Positions 1-9,687 of a stretch of DNA of 64,000 nt are shown here, one piece after another (position 1 is the first letter of the stretch; each line of letters begins with the position of its first letter). Under the pieces are notes generated by a model, which ran no database searches, was not told the origin of the DNA, and was given only the letters and a program-made list of their open reading frames with translations. The DNA comes from Methanobacteriota archaeon. GTDB lineage: Archaea > Thermoplasmatota > Poseidoniia > MGIII > CG-Epi1. The position numbers and the translations under genes are program-made. The stretch is taken from contig NYZZ01000041.1 of NCBI GenBank assembly GCA_002687355.1, positions 38,156-102,155 of the forward strand, given 5' to 3'.

Positions 1-288
1 CAGGTCAACCGAGACTTGCTTCCCTTTCTTTGTCGCGCTGCCGTTGGCCACCCAGCGATCGAGAGATTCTTCTAGTAGTTTCAGGTTTAGAATTGTACTG
101 GCAGAGACGACAGCTGGTGGCCGTGTAAAACCAGAACGGCCCCACACGCGACCCACCCGCTCGTACATCACTCGCTTAGTTTTGTGTGAGCCAGCATTGC
201 CACGCCCGCCGCGCAATCCCGCCCCGCGCCCTTTCTTGTGGCCACGGCCCCGTGTGCGGCCGCTACGCATTGACTTACGCGTCGCCAC
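1..288 (-). CDS. rpl15: 50S ribosomal protein uL15 (partial, runs off window start)
   Basis: Read manually: GTG at 288 after GGAGG gives MATRKSMRSGRTRGRGHKKGRGAGLRGGRGNAG; follows uL30. Confidence 0.92.
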   Translation of the reverse strand, partial: MATRKSMRSGRTRGRGHKKGRGAGLRGGRGNAGSHKTKRVMYERVGRVWGRSGFTRPPAVVSASTILNLKLLEESLDRWVANGSATKKGKQVSVDL

Positions 289-748
289 GTGTCATCCTCC
301 TCAATAGTGTGTTGATGGCATCGCCACGGTAGCCTAGGGCACCGCCTTTGCTAAAAGCACGCTTAACGCCCTCCCAGCCTTTGCGGGGTGGATGCAACCG
401 CAACACCGGTTTCAGGCGAGGGACGTCCCGGAGTCGGGCCTTGCCGGCAGTCACTTTCTTCGCGAATGCCTTTACCGTTGTAAAACCGCCTTCCTTGAGT
501 GCAGTTTTGTCGAGTGGCTTGCGCCCGGCCAGCATTCCAGCATCGTCTAGGAGCAGCTCGGTCGTCTCGGCGTCCGCCTCGCCCCAAGTAACATAATCCT
601 TCACTTGTCGCAGCATCCCGAGATGGGTGGCGTCCTCCGGGACCATCACGCAGTGGTTGACTCGATTGAGTCGCAGCAGTCGCATCGTCTCGCGAATCTT
701 AGGCTTGACATTCACCTCGCCGCGTACGCGGATAACTGCCCAGGTCAT
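275..748 (-). CDS. rpl30: 50S ribosomal protein uL30
   Basis: AVIRVRG...LRLHPPRKG...GALGYRG, archaeal long uL30. Confidence 0.97.
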   Translation of the reverse strand: MTWAVIRVRGEVNVKPKIRETMRLLRLNRVNHCVMVPEDATHLGMLRQVKDYVTWGEADAETTELLLDDAGMLAGRKPLDKTALKEGGFTTVKAFAKKVTAGKARLRDVPRLKPVLRLHPPRKGWEGVKRAFSKGGALGYRGDAINTLLRRMTRGDA

Positions 749-1521
749 TCGGTCGCAGCCCCCAGTAGCATGTTATGTGTCTCTTCCTGACCCGGCAGAA
801 GCTTAGTAGAAGCAGTTAGTTCCAATGCCTTGAACATCGCGCTGGCATAGTTGTAGATAGTCTGTGTTTGCCCCTTGCTGAACGACCAAATGTCTTGGAC
901 GCCTGCCAGTCTGAGCATAATTCTGCCAACGTCGTTAGTTACCAGACCCACGCCGGGCGGCGCCGGTTTGAGCGTTACGCGCGTTGACCCCGTTCGTCCT
1001 GAGACGGCGAATGGCAGTGAGTTTGGCGTCATGGTCGAGCATTCCCAGGAGCCGCTGCCACGTCGGATTTCAATTAGGTTCTGCTTGGCGCGGTCGAGCG
1101 ATTTTTGGATAGTCGGTCGCACTAATTTGCCGGAGACGCGCCCCAAGCCTATGCAACCATTACCGTTGCCGACCATGGTAGTCACGGCGAAGCGCACCCT
1201 GCGTCCAGAATCAGACATGCGCTGCACCATGTGGATATCAATAACTTCTTCTTTAAGGTCGGGCAGTAATATGTCGACGATTTCGGGCTCACGCAGTGGC
1301 AGCCCCGTCGTGAGAGCTTCATGAACAGTAGTAATATCGCCTGCTACAACCCTGCGCCCCAGCTCCGTTTTCGGGCTCCAGACGTCTGCGCGCTCGGAAG
1401 CGGCCTTGCGGCGTTGCTGCGCTGGCGTCAGCCGTGGTCCGCGGTCGCGCGGCGGTCCGCCTCGTTTGGGACCTCCACGCGGTGGAGGCCCCCCCCTCTT
1501 CCTTTCGGGCGGGGGGCTCAT
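745..1521 (-). CDS. rps5: 30S ribosomal protein uS5 with RGG/Pro-rich N-tail
   Basis: WSPKTELG, VQRMSDSGRRVRF, LKPAPPGVGLV. Confidence 0.97.
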   Translation of the reverse strand: MSPPPERKRGGPPPRGGPKRGGPPRDRGPRLTPAQQRRKAASERADVWSPKTELGRRVVAGDITTVHEALTTGLPLREPEIVDILLPDLKEEVIDIHMVQRMSDSGRRVRFAVTTMVGNGNGCIGLGRVSGKLVRPTIQKSLDRAKQNLIEIRRGSGSWECSTMTPNSLPFAVSGRTGSTRVTLKPAPPGVGLVTNDVGRIMLRLAGVQDIWSFSKGQTQTIYNYASAMFKALELTASTKLLPGQEETHNMLLGAATE

Positions 1522-2003
1522 GCCTTTACCTCCTGGATAGTAGCCGACAACTTCTCCACTTGCTTGACCGTAGCCTTTGAGATGTGTTCGCCGCGGATAC
1601 GCTCCTCGCCTGGATAAAGAGAATCGGAGTGCGGTACTTCCATACCACCGTCGACCAGTCCTTTCAGGACTGCAAATACACGACCGCCAGGAGTCGGCGT
1701 TACGCGTCCGATGTCAAGGACGGCGTGCGCCTCGCCAGCCGCCTGTGCTTTACGTGCCGCGAGCAGCCCGGTCAGGTAGGCAGCGGGAACGCTTGTGCCC
1801 GAGCCTTTCCATCCCAGACCGGCTAGCTGCTGCGAACTGACCGCGGCGACGACTTGGTCGCCCTCCATCGTGAAACGAGTCAGTTGGATAAGTACCTGTC
1901 GATTGGTAACGCGCACGACCGCGCGCGGCAGCCCCGATTTGAGAAGCGCCAGTCGCTTACGATAATCCGTTGCGCCTTCACGTCGGCGGCGGAACTGCCT
2001 CAC
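1518..2003 (-). CDS. rpl18: 50S ribosomal protein uL18
   Basis: RRRREGATDYRKRL, PAAYLTGLL, LDIG. Confidence 0.97.
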   Translation of the reverse strand: MRQFRRRREGATDYRKRLALLKSGLPRAVVRVTNRQVLIQLTRFTMEGDQVVAAVSSQQLAGLGWKGSGTSVPAAYLTGLLAARKAQAAGEAHAVLDIGRVTPTPGGRVFAVLKGLVDGGMEVPHSDSLYPGEERIRGEHISKATVKQVEKLSATIQEVKA

Positions 2004-2458
2004 TGTTCCACCTCGATACCGTCGGTCTGTATATGGGCGCGCAGATGCGCCCTCGAGTTATACATGCCACCCTTGGCGCGGCGGTAGTAATGGCGATACT
2101 GTGATGCAGTGAGGATACCAGTTCCGCGCAGCTGGCGCAGCTCGTCGCGCAGTGCACGAATGCGCGTCATCCATGCCTCTTTCTTTGGCGTGCGTGCTTT
2201 GCCGTGGCCGCGGCGCGAGCCGTGACCACGCTGCCTTCCCTTGGCGCGCTGCGCGTCACGGTGGCGCGCTCGTCCACGGGAGATGCCCTGTTTTTGGTGC
2301 TTGCGGATGAATTTCTGGACAATCAGCTGGCGCACGTCGTCGCGCGTGACTGCCTCGTCAATGCGCTCCTGATATTCGGGCCGGTCATCGACCCAGACTC
2401 GGTCCAGCCCACACTTGAGCAGCCGCGCCGCGACACGGCGCTGGTAGGCCAGATTCAT
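2000..2458 (-). CDS. rpl19e: 50S ribosomal protein eL19
   Basis: QRRVAARLLKCGLDRVW, GHGSRRG, WMTRIRALR. Confidence 0.97.
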   Translation of the reverse strand: MNLAYQRRVAARLLKCGLDRVWVDDRPEYQERIDEAVTRDDVRQLIVQKFIRKHQKQGISRGRARHRDAQRAKGRQRGHGSRRGHGKARTPKKEAWMTRIRALRDELRQLRGTGILTASQYRHYYRRAKGGMYNSRAHLRAHIQTDGIEVEQ

Positions 2459-2901
2459 TCTTCCTCCTCCTTCTCTGAATCGTCTTCGTAGACGCGGCTG
2501 TTCAGCACGCGGATTTTCAGTTCCGCTGCGCGCGTCTCAATGACCTCACGCTTGCGGTCGCCGACGGTAGCGGCAATTCGTGCCGCCTCGCGCAGAGGAT
2601 CCATTACTTCCAGATCTGCGGGTCGATGCACGACTACATCGGCGAAGCCGGACGGGTGCAGTCCTCGTGCAGCAGCAGGACCGCGGTAGCTGGTCGACGC
2701 CATAGGCGGGCGATATTTGCGGCGAGTGCGCATCTTGCTGTGCATCCCGCGCGGTTTGCGCCATTTTTGGCCGAGCCGCTTGTAGCGGAACCAGTTTTGC
2801 CGCTTGAAGGCCGGGCGTTTGCGGTTGGCAGCGTTGCGCTTTGACAGAGCCTTTTGCATATCATCATCGAGTTGTGGTTTTGCCTTTGGCTTATGCATCA
2901 T
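2455..2901 (-). CDS. rpl32e: 50S ribosomal protein eL32
   Basis: PAFKRQ, WRKPRGMHSKMR, RGLHPSG. Confidence 0.96.
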   Translation of the reverse strand: MMHKPKAKPQLDDDMQKALSKRNAANRKRPAFKRQNWFRYKRLGQKWRKPRGMHSKMRTRRKYRPPMASTSYRGPAAARGLHPSGFADVVVHRPADLEVMDPLREAARIAATVGDRKREVIETRAAELKIRVLNSRVYEDDSEKEEEE

Positions 2902-3439
2902 GCATCACTTCCTTCGAGACGAGATAGATGCCGTCCTGGAAGACGCGGATGTCGCGTCCTTTAACGATAGTAGCGCGCTCCAGATTGGCTGCAGTCTGGC
3001 CAACTCCTTCGCGGTCGTTGCCTTCAATGGTAACAGAGCTGCCCTTAGCGATTACTTTGGTGTCACCAACGACGGTAGCGTGACGACTCGCCTTCTCCCC
3101 TAGAAAATTATCAATAACGACGTAGTCATTTTTGACGGAAATTTTCATTGGGAAGTGCGCGAAGACCACCTTCATTTGATAGCGGAAACCAAACGCAACG
3201 CCGTTGACCATGTTAGCCAGATGCGCGCGCCACGTTCCGAGCAATGCCTTCTGCCGCTTCCGCAGCTTCTTCCCCGAAACGATTATTGCACTATCACCCG
3301 ACTGGACTCCAAGTTGCGGATGGCTGAAGCTGCGTTCCAGTTGTCCGCGTGGTCCCTCGACCACTAGCGTCTCCCCATCGTAGCTGGCGCTGACGCCCTC
3401 TGGCAGCGGGATAGTATGCGTCAGCTCTTCAATAAGCAT
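2891..3439 (-). CDS. rpl6: 50S ribosomal protein uL6
   Basis: FAHFPM, NFLGEK, RDIRVFQDGIY. Confidence 0.97.
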   Translation of the reverse strand: MLIEELTHTIPLPEGVSASYDGETLVVEGPRGQLERSFSHPQLGVQSGDSAIIVSGKKLRKRQKALLGTWRAHLANMVNGVAFGFRYQMKVVFAHFPMKISVKNDYVVIDNFLGEKASRHATVVGDTKVIAKGSSVTIEGNDREGVGQTAANLERATIVKGRDIRVFQDGIYLVSKEVMHDA

Positions 3440-3815
3440 ATGCGAGTAGCCTCCCTCCGGTGTGGCCAGCCTTAGCTTGGTCGTTGTTGATGATGCCCTG
3501 TGGTGTTGTGAGAATCAGGATGCCGAAATCTTTGGCCGGCAGGTAGCGCGCCTCGTGGCGGTCCATCTCGCTCACTTTGACCGAGAATCGGGGTCGGATT
3601 GCCCCGCAGCCGTTGATGCGGCCGTTAAGCTGCACACGAAACTCTCCGCCGCGACCGTTTTCCTGCCGTTCGAAACCGTTGATATATCCTCTCTCCTGTA
3701 ATAGCTGTAGCACTTCGCCAATCAGGCGTGACGCTGGAACGCGCGCGCCAACCTTGCCGATACGGTCGGCGTTCTTGATTGTCACTAGAGCATCGGACAA
3801 CGGATCGTGTCTCAT
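3429..3815 (-). CDS. rps8: 30S ribosomal protein uS8
   Basis: [10 protein letters not shown] start (ATG 3815 overlapping rps14 stop), [17 protein letters not shown]. Confidence 0.96.
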   Translation of the reverse strand: MRHDPLSDALVTIKNADRIGKVGARVPASRLIGEVLQLLQERGYINGFERQENGRGGEFRVQLNGRINGCGAIRPRFSVKVSEMDRHEARYLPAKDFGILILTTPQGIINNDQAKAGHTGGRLLAYAY

Positions 3816-3967
3816 GAGTATTTCTTGAACCCCAGAATAGTTGCTTTGTCTCGGAAGCATTGGCGGCAGATATGCAGTTTGTAGCGCCGCACGATGCCGC
3901 GCTTGCGTCCGCAGCGGCGGCAGCCTTCAATGCGCCCGCGGAACACCTTGCGCTCCTTGGTCTTCAT
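3812..3967 (-). CDS. rps14: 30S ribosomal protein uS14 (zinc type)
   Basis: CRRCG...ICRQCFR...GFKKY; ATG at 3967. Confidence 0.96.
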   Translation of the reverse strand: MKTKERKVFRGRIEGCRRCGRKRGIVRRYKLHICRQCFRDKATILGFKKYS

Positions 3968-4473
3968 GCGACAACCTCTAGTTTGAAGTTCTGGCGCATG
4001 TATTCTTGACATTCCTCACGGGTGAGTCGATGGCGCGCGCCAACCTTGCGGCTGGCCACTTTGCGCCGCGCGACGCGGTAGCCGCGGCGCTCGAAAGCCA
4101 CAGCAACGTCCAACCCGAAGATGCCAATATCAGGATCATATTTTTCATCGGCAAAGCCGGTATAATCAGGAATGCCAAAGTTCAGTCCACCAGTGGCGGA
4201 GAAGCAGTAGGCGGGGAGCCGGCTCTCACGCACCCAGAGAGCATTCTTCAGGACGCGGCGCGCATTCTCACCGCGCAACGTCACTTTGCAGCCGATAGGC
4301 ATTCCCTTGCGCAGCCCCAGATCACGATTGGTCGTACGAGAGAGCGTGCGCACTGGCTGGCAGCCGGTCAGCTTTTGCAGCACCGTTTCCGCATTAGAGA
4401 GCCGGTCGCCCGCCTCGCCAACACCAATGTTCAGGACGACCTTGGCAATCCGTAGCTCGCGCATCGTGTTCAT
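3964..4473 (-). CDS. rpl5: 50S ribosomal protein uL5
   Basis: [29 protein letters not shown]. Confidence 0.97.
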   Translation of the reverse strand: MNTMRELRIAKVVLNIGVGEAGDRLSNAETVLQKLTGCQPVRTLSRTTNRDLGLRKGMPIGCKVTLRGENARRVLKNALWVRESRLPAYCFSATGGLNFGIPDYTGFADEKYDPDIGIFGLDVAVAFERRGYRVARRKVASRKVGARHRLTREECQEYMRQNFKLEVVA

Positions 4474-5165
4474 ACCGCCACCTCTTCTACCAGCGCTTTT
4501 TTAGCACCAACGACGAACGCGTACTGTTTCAGCGTCTCAAACTCCGCGAAGCGAACGACGTTGGGTCGCGGGCTCCGCGTCTCCACCGCCTCTTCCAGCA
4601 ACGCAATTGTGCCGACGTGCGCCCCACCAGTCACCAGCGCCGGAGCACCTTTGCTGAACTTGAGTATTTTCTTCACATTGAGTCCCGGCAATGCCAGCTG
4701 TAGCACGTCGCCCGTGTTCACTTCCTTGTCAGAGAGCAGGTTGCTGCCGTCATGCAGGTTGAGTTGCGTCTTCCCACCACGCAGTGTTGTCTTGCCTTCG
4801 ATGCGCAGTAATTTCCATTTCGCCGCGACACCCTTGATTTCAGAGAAGTGCAGCCGGCCGTGATGATCGAGTAGACAACGGAAATTGGCCTTGATAGCAG
4901 GAAGTGAGATTACATCCATTAGCCCTATCCCTCGTTTTGGGTCGCGCACGACGCGCTGGTCGAGTAGTACGTCGCCGTTACCTAGAATGCGGCGTGCTTC
5001 TCGCGCAGTATCACAGACATGCAGGTAGTCGCGTAGCACCATCGCCAGTGGGACGCTGCCCTCGAGTGAGTGCGGTCCTGGCTTCGGCTTAGTAGCCCAG
5101 AAATGTGCCTTGCGACCGACGTTCCACGAACGCGGGACAGTGATGCGTTTTAGGTGATCGCTCAC
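4470..5165 (-). CDS. rps4e: 30S ribosomal protein eS4
   Basis: HLKR..PRSW, PGPH, QLNLHDG, GGAHVG. Confidence 0.97.
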   Translation of the reverse strand: MSDHLKRITVPRSWNVGRKAHFWATKPKPGPHSLEGSVPLAMVLRDYLHVCDTAREARRILGNGDVLLDQRVVRDPKRGIGLMDVISLPAIKANFRCLLDHHGRLHFSEIKGVAAKWKLLRIEGKTTLRGGKTQLNLHDGSNLLSDKEVNTGDVLQLALPGLNVKKILKFSKGAPALVTGGAHVGTIALLEEAVETRSPRPNVVRFAEFETLKQYAFVVGAKKALVEEVAV

Positions 5166-5788
5166 TCGCTTTCCTCCAGCCGCGCTACCAACTCTGCTTT
5201 TTTGCCCGAAATCGGCAGGCCGCGCTCCTTCAATTCCCCCTTCAGCTCGGAGACGGTGAGTGCACTCCAGTCGCGCACATCATCCTTGCCAGAATCGCCC
5301 TCCGTGTCGGCTTCTGCATCAACTTCGCGTGGGTCGACGCCGGTAACTTCGGCTTCGTACTCATCTTCGGCAGCTTCCAATTCGGCCACAGTTTCATCAG
5401 TCCACTCGACTCCTTCGTTTGCACGGTCTAGAATGCGCCTGCGGCGTACGTCAGACCAGTCAGGGTTGATGACTACTAGGTTGGACGGATCAATCGGCCG
5501 TTGTAGTTCAGTCCCATCAGACTTGTGATAGGTAAAGCCGTCGACGTAAATCTTGCGCGCACGACGATCTACCTGCGAGATGCGGTGCCCCTCACTACCA
5601 CGCCCCTCGCCGCGCACAATAAGCACACGATCGCCGGTCCGCACCGGAATCGAACGGGGATAGATGTAGCCGCGCTCTTCCTGCCGGCGGCGCAGCCCCC
5701 GGTCTAGCGGGGCCGCCATTTCGCGGTGCCGCCGGTGGAGCGGCGCCGTGTGGCGGGCGAGTCTCTGTTTGCGCGGTTGTTTACTCAT
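5162..5788 (-). CDS. rpl24: 50S ribosomal protein uL24 with acidic linker and C-terminal SAP domain
   Basis: MSKQPRKQR start at 5788; [11 protein letters not shown]; PIDPSN; C-terminal [28 protein letters not shown]. Confidence 0.95.
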   Translation of the reverse strand: MSKQPRKQRLARHTAPLHRRHREMAAPLDRGLRRRQEERGYIYPRSIPVRTGDRVLIVRGEGRGSEGHRISQVDRRARKIYVDGFTYHKSDGTELQRPIDPSNLVVINPDWSDVRRRRILDRANEGVEWTDETVAELEAAEDEYEAEVTGVDPREVDAEADTEGDSGKDDVRDWSALTVSELKGELKERGLPISGKKAELVARLEESE

Positions 5789-6183
5789 ACTATTGTGGAT
5801 GCCGTAGCGGCAATGCGCGGCCATCTCTCGGCCGCCTCGCGGGCGACGGGTCCCTTGATTCCGGAGCCCCGTGTCTCGCCTAACTCGTTGGTCAGCACGA
5901 CGGCGTTATCTTCGAATTTCACCATAGTCCCGTCAGCGCGACGGTGTGGTCGCCGACTACGCACAATGACTGCGCGTACCAGCTGTCGCCGCATTTCGGG
6001 CGTGCCCTTCTTGACCGATGCGATGACCATATCTCCGACGCCAGCAGCAGGTGACCGGCGGTGAACGCCCTTGTAGTTCAGGACCGTCACAATTTCGACC
6101 ACCTTGGCGCCGCTATTGTCGACGCATTCAATCCGCGCTCCCTGCGGAAGTCCGCGCATCTGCCGACCGGCGACAGCCCTCAT
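5785..6183 (-). CDS. rpl14: 50S ribosomal protein uL14
   Basis: [23 protein letters not shown]; ATG at 6183. Confidence 0.97.
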   Translation of the reverse strand: MRAVAGRQMRGLPQGARIECVDNSGAKVVEIVTVLNYKGVHRRSPAAGVGDMVIASVKKGTPEMRRQLVRAVIVRSRRPHRRADGTMVKFEDNAVVLTNELGETRGSGIKGPVAREAAERWPRIAATASTIV

Positions 6184-6515
6184 GCCCCCCTCCGTTCGAT
6201 AATTACGAATGACTTGGTTTTTGAGAGTGGGCGACACTCCATGATTGTAACGTTGTCGCCCTCCCGCGCGCCGACGCTTGCCGGCGAATGCGCCTGGATA
6301 CGCGACGAACGGCGCTGATAGCGCTCGTATTTTGAATCATATTTCATGCGTTCAATTTTGACCACTGCAGTGCGTTGCGCCCGGGCACGGACGACAATAC
6401 CCTGTAACAGCTGCCCTCGCACGGGGAGCGAACCATAGAACGGGTCGTGGGGGTCACCGTCCCATTTGTGTGCGGGTGGCTGCACCTCAACACCAATATC
6501 CCGAGGTTTTGTCAC
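6180..6515 (-). CDS. rps17: 30S ribosomal protein uS17
   Basis: [26 protein letters not shown]; GTG start after GGAGG. Confidence 0.96.
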   Translation of the reverse strand: MTKPRDIGVEVQPPAHKWDGDPHDPFYGSLPVRGQLLQGIVVRARAQRTAVVKIERMKYDSKYERYQRRSSRIQAHSPASVGAREGDNVTIMECRPLSKTKSFVIIERRGA

Positions 6516-6754
6516 GCGCACCTCCGGGTGCGGTCCTGTGCCCGGAATGCAATCCGGTCGCCCACAACGTTTTTGCCGTCAAAGCTGAAGTTGCCGTTGC
6601 GCTTAGTGACGCGCTTCCGGCCGCTTTCAGTCTCAATAAAAAGTGTCTCACGCGTCTCATCGACAATTTTTCCCGCAATGCCACGCAGAGACGGGTCGCT
6701 GTGCTCTGCAACGATAACACGCTGACCAATGAATTCCTGTTGCGCTAGGCTCAT
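6512..6754 (-). CDS. rnp1: Ribonuclease P protein component 1 (Rpp29/Pop4)
   Basis: EFIG...GIAGKIVDETRETL; conserved operon position. Confidence 0.93.
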   Translation of the reverse strand: MSLAQQEFIGQRVIVAEHSDPSLRGIAGKIVDETRETLFIETESGRKRVTKRNGNFSFDGKNVVGDRIAFRAQDRTRRCA

Positions 6755-7047
6755 GCATCACCTACTGGGAAGCCCATATCCCCCAGAATAATCTTCACCT
6801 TACGGGTGTGGTTTCCCTGTAGTTCGATGGCGCCATCTTTGTAAGTGCCGCCGGTGGCGCATTTTGTCTTGAGCGCCTTGAGCAGGTCGGGAATGTCTAT
6901 ATCACTGTCAAGTCCCTCGAGTACGGTCATTAGCTTGCCGTAGCGCCGCTTCTCTATGCGCACACGGATTTCTTGTTGTTCGCGCGCGATGTCCTCGCAG
7001 ACGCAGATTTCGATCGGCAGTGCGCAGGTGGAGCAGATGTCAGCCAT
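6751..7047 (-). CDS. sui1: Translation initiation factor aIF1 (SUI1)
   Basis: CSTC..C.C N-terminus, RRYGK, GGTYK..IELQGNH. Confidence 0.95.
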   Translation of the reverse strand: MADICSTCALPIEICVCEDIAREQQEIRVRIEKRRYGKLMTVLEGLDSDIDIPDLLKALKTKCATGGTYKDGAIELQGNHTRKVKIILGDMGFPVGDA

Positions 7048-7246
7048 ACTGTTCTCCTAGTTCGCGCATAATCGTCTGTAGTCGCGCTACCTGCCTGCGT
7101 AGCGAGCGCATCTTGCCCGGCGACGCTGGCTGACCCCCCATCGATGCGATGCCCCGCTCGTGCATCAACTCACTGCGCAGCTCACCCAGACGGGCAATCC
7201 GTTCTTCCGGTGCCAGCTCGCGCAGGGCATTTGCCTTAGGGCTCAT
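7040..7246 (-). CDS. rpl29: 50S ribosomal protein uL29
   Basis: LRSELM..RG...GG...PGKMRSLRRQVARLQT. Confidence 0.95.
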   Translation of the reverse strand: MSPKANALRELAPEERIARLGELRSELMHERGIASMGGQPASPGKMRSLRRQVARLQTIMRELGEQYG

Positions 7247-8079
7247 TTAGAATCCTCCACCTTAGCTTCGGGCTGGGTCACTTCTTTGGGCGCTTCAGCC
7301 GCGTCCACCGTTTTGCCCTTAGCCGATGTTTTTGCAGCCCCTTCACTCGCATCAGCATCCGGCTTCACCTCTTCCTCAGGAATGGATTTTGCCACGCTCG
7401 CCTGCTTATCATTAGCGGGAGCAGTTTCCTCCTCCTCCGTGACAGCATCTCCTTCTTCATTTGCGGATGGCTGCTCCACGACGGCCGGCGCGACGTCGAT
7501 TTCGTCGGGCAGTTTGGCGTCGGGCGGCATGATGACAACCTTGACGCCGATAGTACCTGGCTTCAGCTTGGCTTGCGAGTATCCGACCTGCATTAGCTGC
7601 AGCGCGGGCTCGCCGCAATGCTTGATGTGACCCTCGATGAACTTCTCAGTGCGGTGGCGCAACCCAGTTAGCTTGCCTGCAATCGTAATTTGGCAGCCTC
7701 GCGCACCGGCCCCCATGATGCGCTGTAGCATTGAGTTGCCAGCGCGGCGGTAGTTCCAGCCCCGCTCCAGTGCATTAGTGACCTTGGACGCCATTACATC
7801 GGGATTAAGCGCCCAGTTTTCGACGTCGCCCGCCTCGACTTGCAGGTTCTCGTAGCCGAAAGTGCGTTCCAGTTCTTCAGTCAGGCGATTGATGTCGGCG
7901 CCCTTGCGGCCGATGACGATGCCGGGCCGCTCGGCCAAGATGCGCACGTGCGTCCCAAGCGGGGTGCGCTGGATACTCAGTCCGCCGAAGCCAGCGCGGT
8001 CGACCTCCTTGCGGACGAACTCGTGGACTAGCATACGACGTACGCGTTCCTCAACCATCTCGCGCGCTATGGTCGTCAC
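7243..8079 (-). CDS. rps3: 30S ribosomal protein uS3 with acidic C-tail
   Basis: KH domain RPGIVIGRKG, GARGC, KPGTIGVKV. Confidence 0.97.
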   Translation of the reverse strand: MTTIAREMVEERVRRMLVHEFVRKEVDRAGFGGLSIQRTPLGTHVRILAERPGIVIGRKGADINRLTEELERTFGYENLQVEAGDVENWALNPDVMASKVTNALERGWNYRRAGNSMLQRIMGAGARGCQITIAGKLTGLRHRTEKFIEGHIKHCGEPALQLMQVGYSQAKLKPGTIGVKVVIMPPDAKLPDEIDVAPAVVEQPSANEEGDAVTEEEETAPANDKQASVAKSIPEEEVKPDADASEGAAKTSAKGKTVDAAEAPKEVTQPEAKVEDSK

Positions 8080-8528
8080 TCGATGCCCTCCAGCACTACT
8101 TCAACGTTGGAAGTCTCACGCATCTTGGGCGTAGCGCGGCCGCGAGCGCGAGGGAAACGGGCTTCGAAAGCCGGTCCACGCGAAGTGGCGACATGCACGA
8201 TGCGCCACTCATCAATGTCAAGGTGCATTGTCTCACCGTTGCTCTGCGCCGACTCGATGACTTTTAGGATGGCGGCGGCCGCCTTACGCGGGTAGCGCCC
8301 TGCAGCGCGGCCCTTGCCTTTGCGGTGCCCCACCTTACCGGCGTGTCGCGTGAACGGCACTGGTTCTCGCATCTCGATTACGCGTCCCAAATAGCCCCGG
8401 GCGCGTTCAAGCTCCATCCCGCGAATAGCACGACAGATTTCGCGCGCGTGTCGGGGGGAGATTGACATATCCTTCCCGCGCGCGGCGGCGTGGATTTCTG
8501 GATCGTAGGGGAACGAGTAGCCTTTCAT
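8076..8528 (-). CDS. rpl22: 50S ribosomal protein uL22
   Basis: GRYPRKAA, PRARGRATP. Confidence 0.97.
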   Translation of the reverse strand: MKGYSFPYDPEIHAAARGKDMSISPRHAREICRAIRGMELERARGYLGRVIEMREPVPFTRHAGKVGHRKGKGRAAGRYPRKAAAAILKVIESAQSNGETMHLDIDEWRIVHVATSRGPAFEARFPRARGRATPKMRETSNVEVVLEGIE

Positions 8529-8989
8529 TTGAGCGGCATGAACTTGGATGAACGGGTCGCCCCAACGCCGGGTCCCGTATGTGTCGGTGGCTTGCGCGTC
8601 TGCGCAAACTCGCCGAAGTAGTGGCCTACCATTTCCGGTTGCACTTCCACCTCAATGAATGCGTGTCCGTCGTAGATAGCAAACTTGCGGCCGATGAACT
8701 GGGGAATTACAATCATTTCGCGACGATGGGTTCGGATTATAGAATCGGGATTTGCCTTGGCATCTTGAATTATCTTCGCCTGTTCATGCGTCAATCCACG
8801 GCGAAATGTGCGGCGCTGGCGCGATGGCACCAAATCCAGGAACTCCTCCAGCGAGAGTGCTTTGAGCTCGTCAACGGTCAGCCCTCGGTAGGTAAATTCC
8901 TTCTTGCGACGTACCTGTACGCCTGCGCGCCGCTTGCGCTCGCGCCTCCGCGCGGCCTTTGGTGTTGCCGATTTGCGCTGGCGGGCCAT
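8525..8989 (-). CDS. rps19: 30S ribosomal protein uS19
   Basis: FTYRG, IRTHRR, EMVGHYFGEFA, GATRSSKFMPLK. Confidence 0.97.
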   Translation of the reverse strand: MARQRKSATPKAARRRERKRRAGVQVRRKKEFTYRGLTVDELKALSLEEFLDLVPSRQRRTFRRGLTHEQAKIIQDAKANPDSIIRTHRREMIVIPQFIGRKFAIYDGHAFIEVEVQPEMVGHYFGEFAQTRKPPTHTGPGVGATRSSKFMPLK

Positions 8990-9687
8990 TAGCGCTTCGC
9001 CCCCGTACGCTTGGGTGCGATGTGACCAACCTTTCGTCCGGGCGGCGTGTTGCGCGAGACCGAAGACGGGATGCCGATGGTCTGCTTGCGGCCAGAGCCG
9101 TGCGGGTGGTCAACCGCGTTCATCGCCACACCGCGGACCTTGGGCCAGATGCGGGCGCGCGAGCGGTTGCGGTGGAAATTTTTACCAGCCTTGCCAATCG
9201 GCTTCTCGCCGCGGCCCGAGCCGGCGACCGCACCAATCGTGGCACGACACATGTTATCGAGCGTTTTGTGCTTGCGCGACGGGAGTCGCACAGTCGTCTG
9301 CTTGCCGTGCGAGACGACAATTGCGCGCTGGCCCGCAGCGCGCGCCAGTCGCCCGCCGTCGCCCGGCTGTAGCTCGACGTTGTAGACGCGTGTCCCTTCG
9401 GGGATTGAGCCAATATAGACGGTGTTACCATGCGCGACTTCAGCGCCGTGACCTGCCGTTACAGACTGCCCCACGCGCATGCCATCATGCGCTAACATCA
9501 CGTATTCACCATCACTATCGCGCACCTGTGCTATGGGGGCAGAGCGCCCCGGGTCGTGCAGCAGTTTCTCGACCACACCGCTCGATTCCTTCGAGCGCGG
9601 GTGGCGTACCTTGCCCTTGAAGCGGTGGTCAGCCGCACGATAGCGGTAACCTCGCCCGCGTCGTCGGTTCATGACGCGTTTGCCCAT
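8989..9687 (-). CDS. rpl2: 50S ribosomal protein uL2
   Basis: HDPGRSAP, VRGVAMNAVDHPHG, GRKVG. Confidence 0.98.
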   Translation of the reverse strand: MGKRVMNRRRGRGYRYRAADHRFKGKVRHPRSKESSGVVEKLLHDPGRSAPIAQVRDSDGEYVMLAHDGMRVGQSVTAGHGAEVAHGNTVYIGSIPEGTRVYNVELQPGDGGRLARAAGQRAIVVSHGKQTTVRLPSRKHKTLDNMCRATIGAVAGSGRGEKPIGKAGKNFHRNRSRARIWPKVRGVAMNAVDHPHGSGRKQTIGIPSSVSRNTPPGRKVGHIAPKRTGAKR

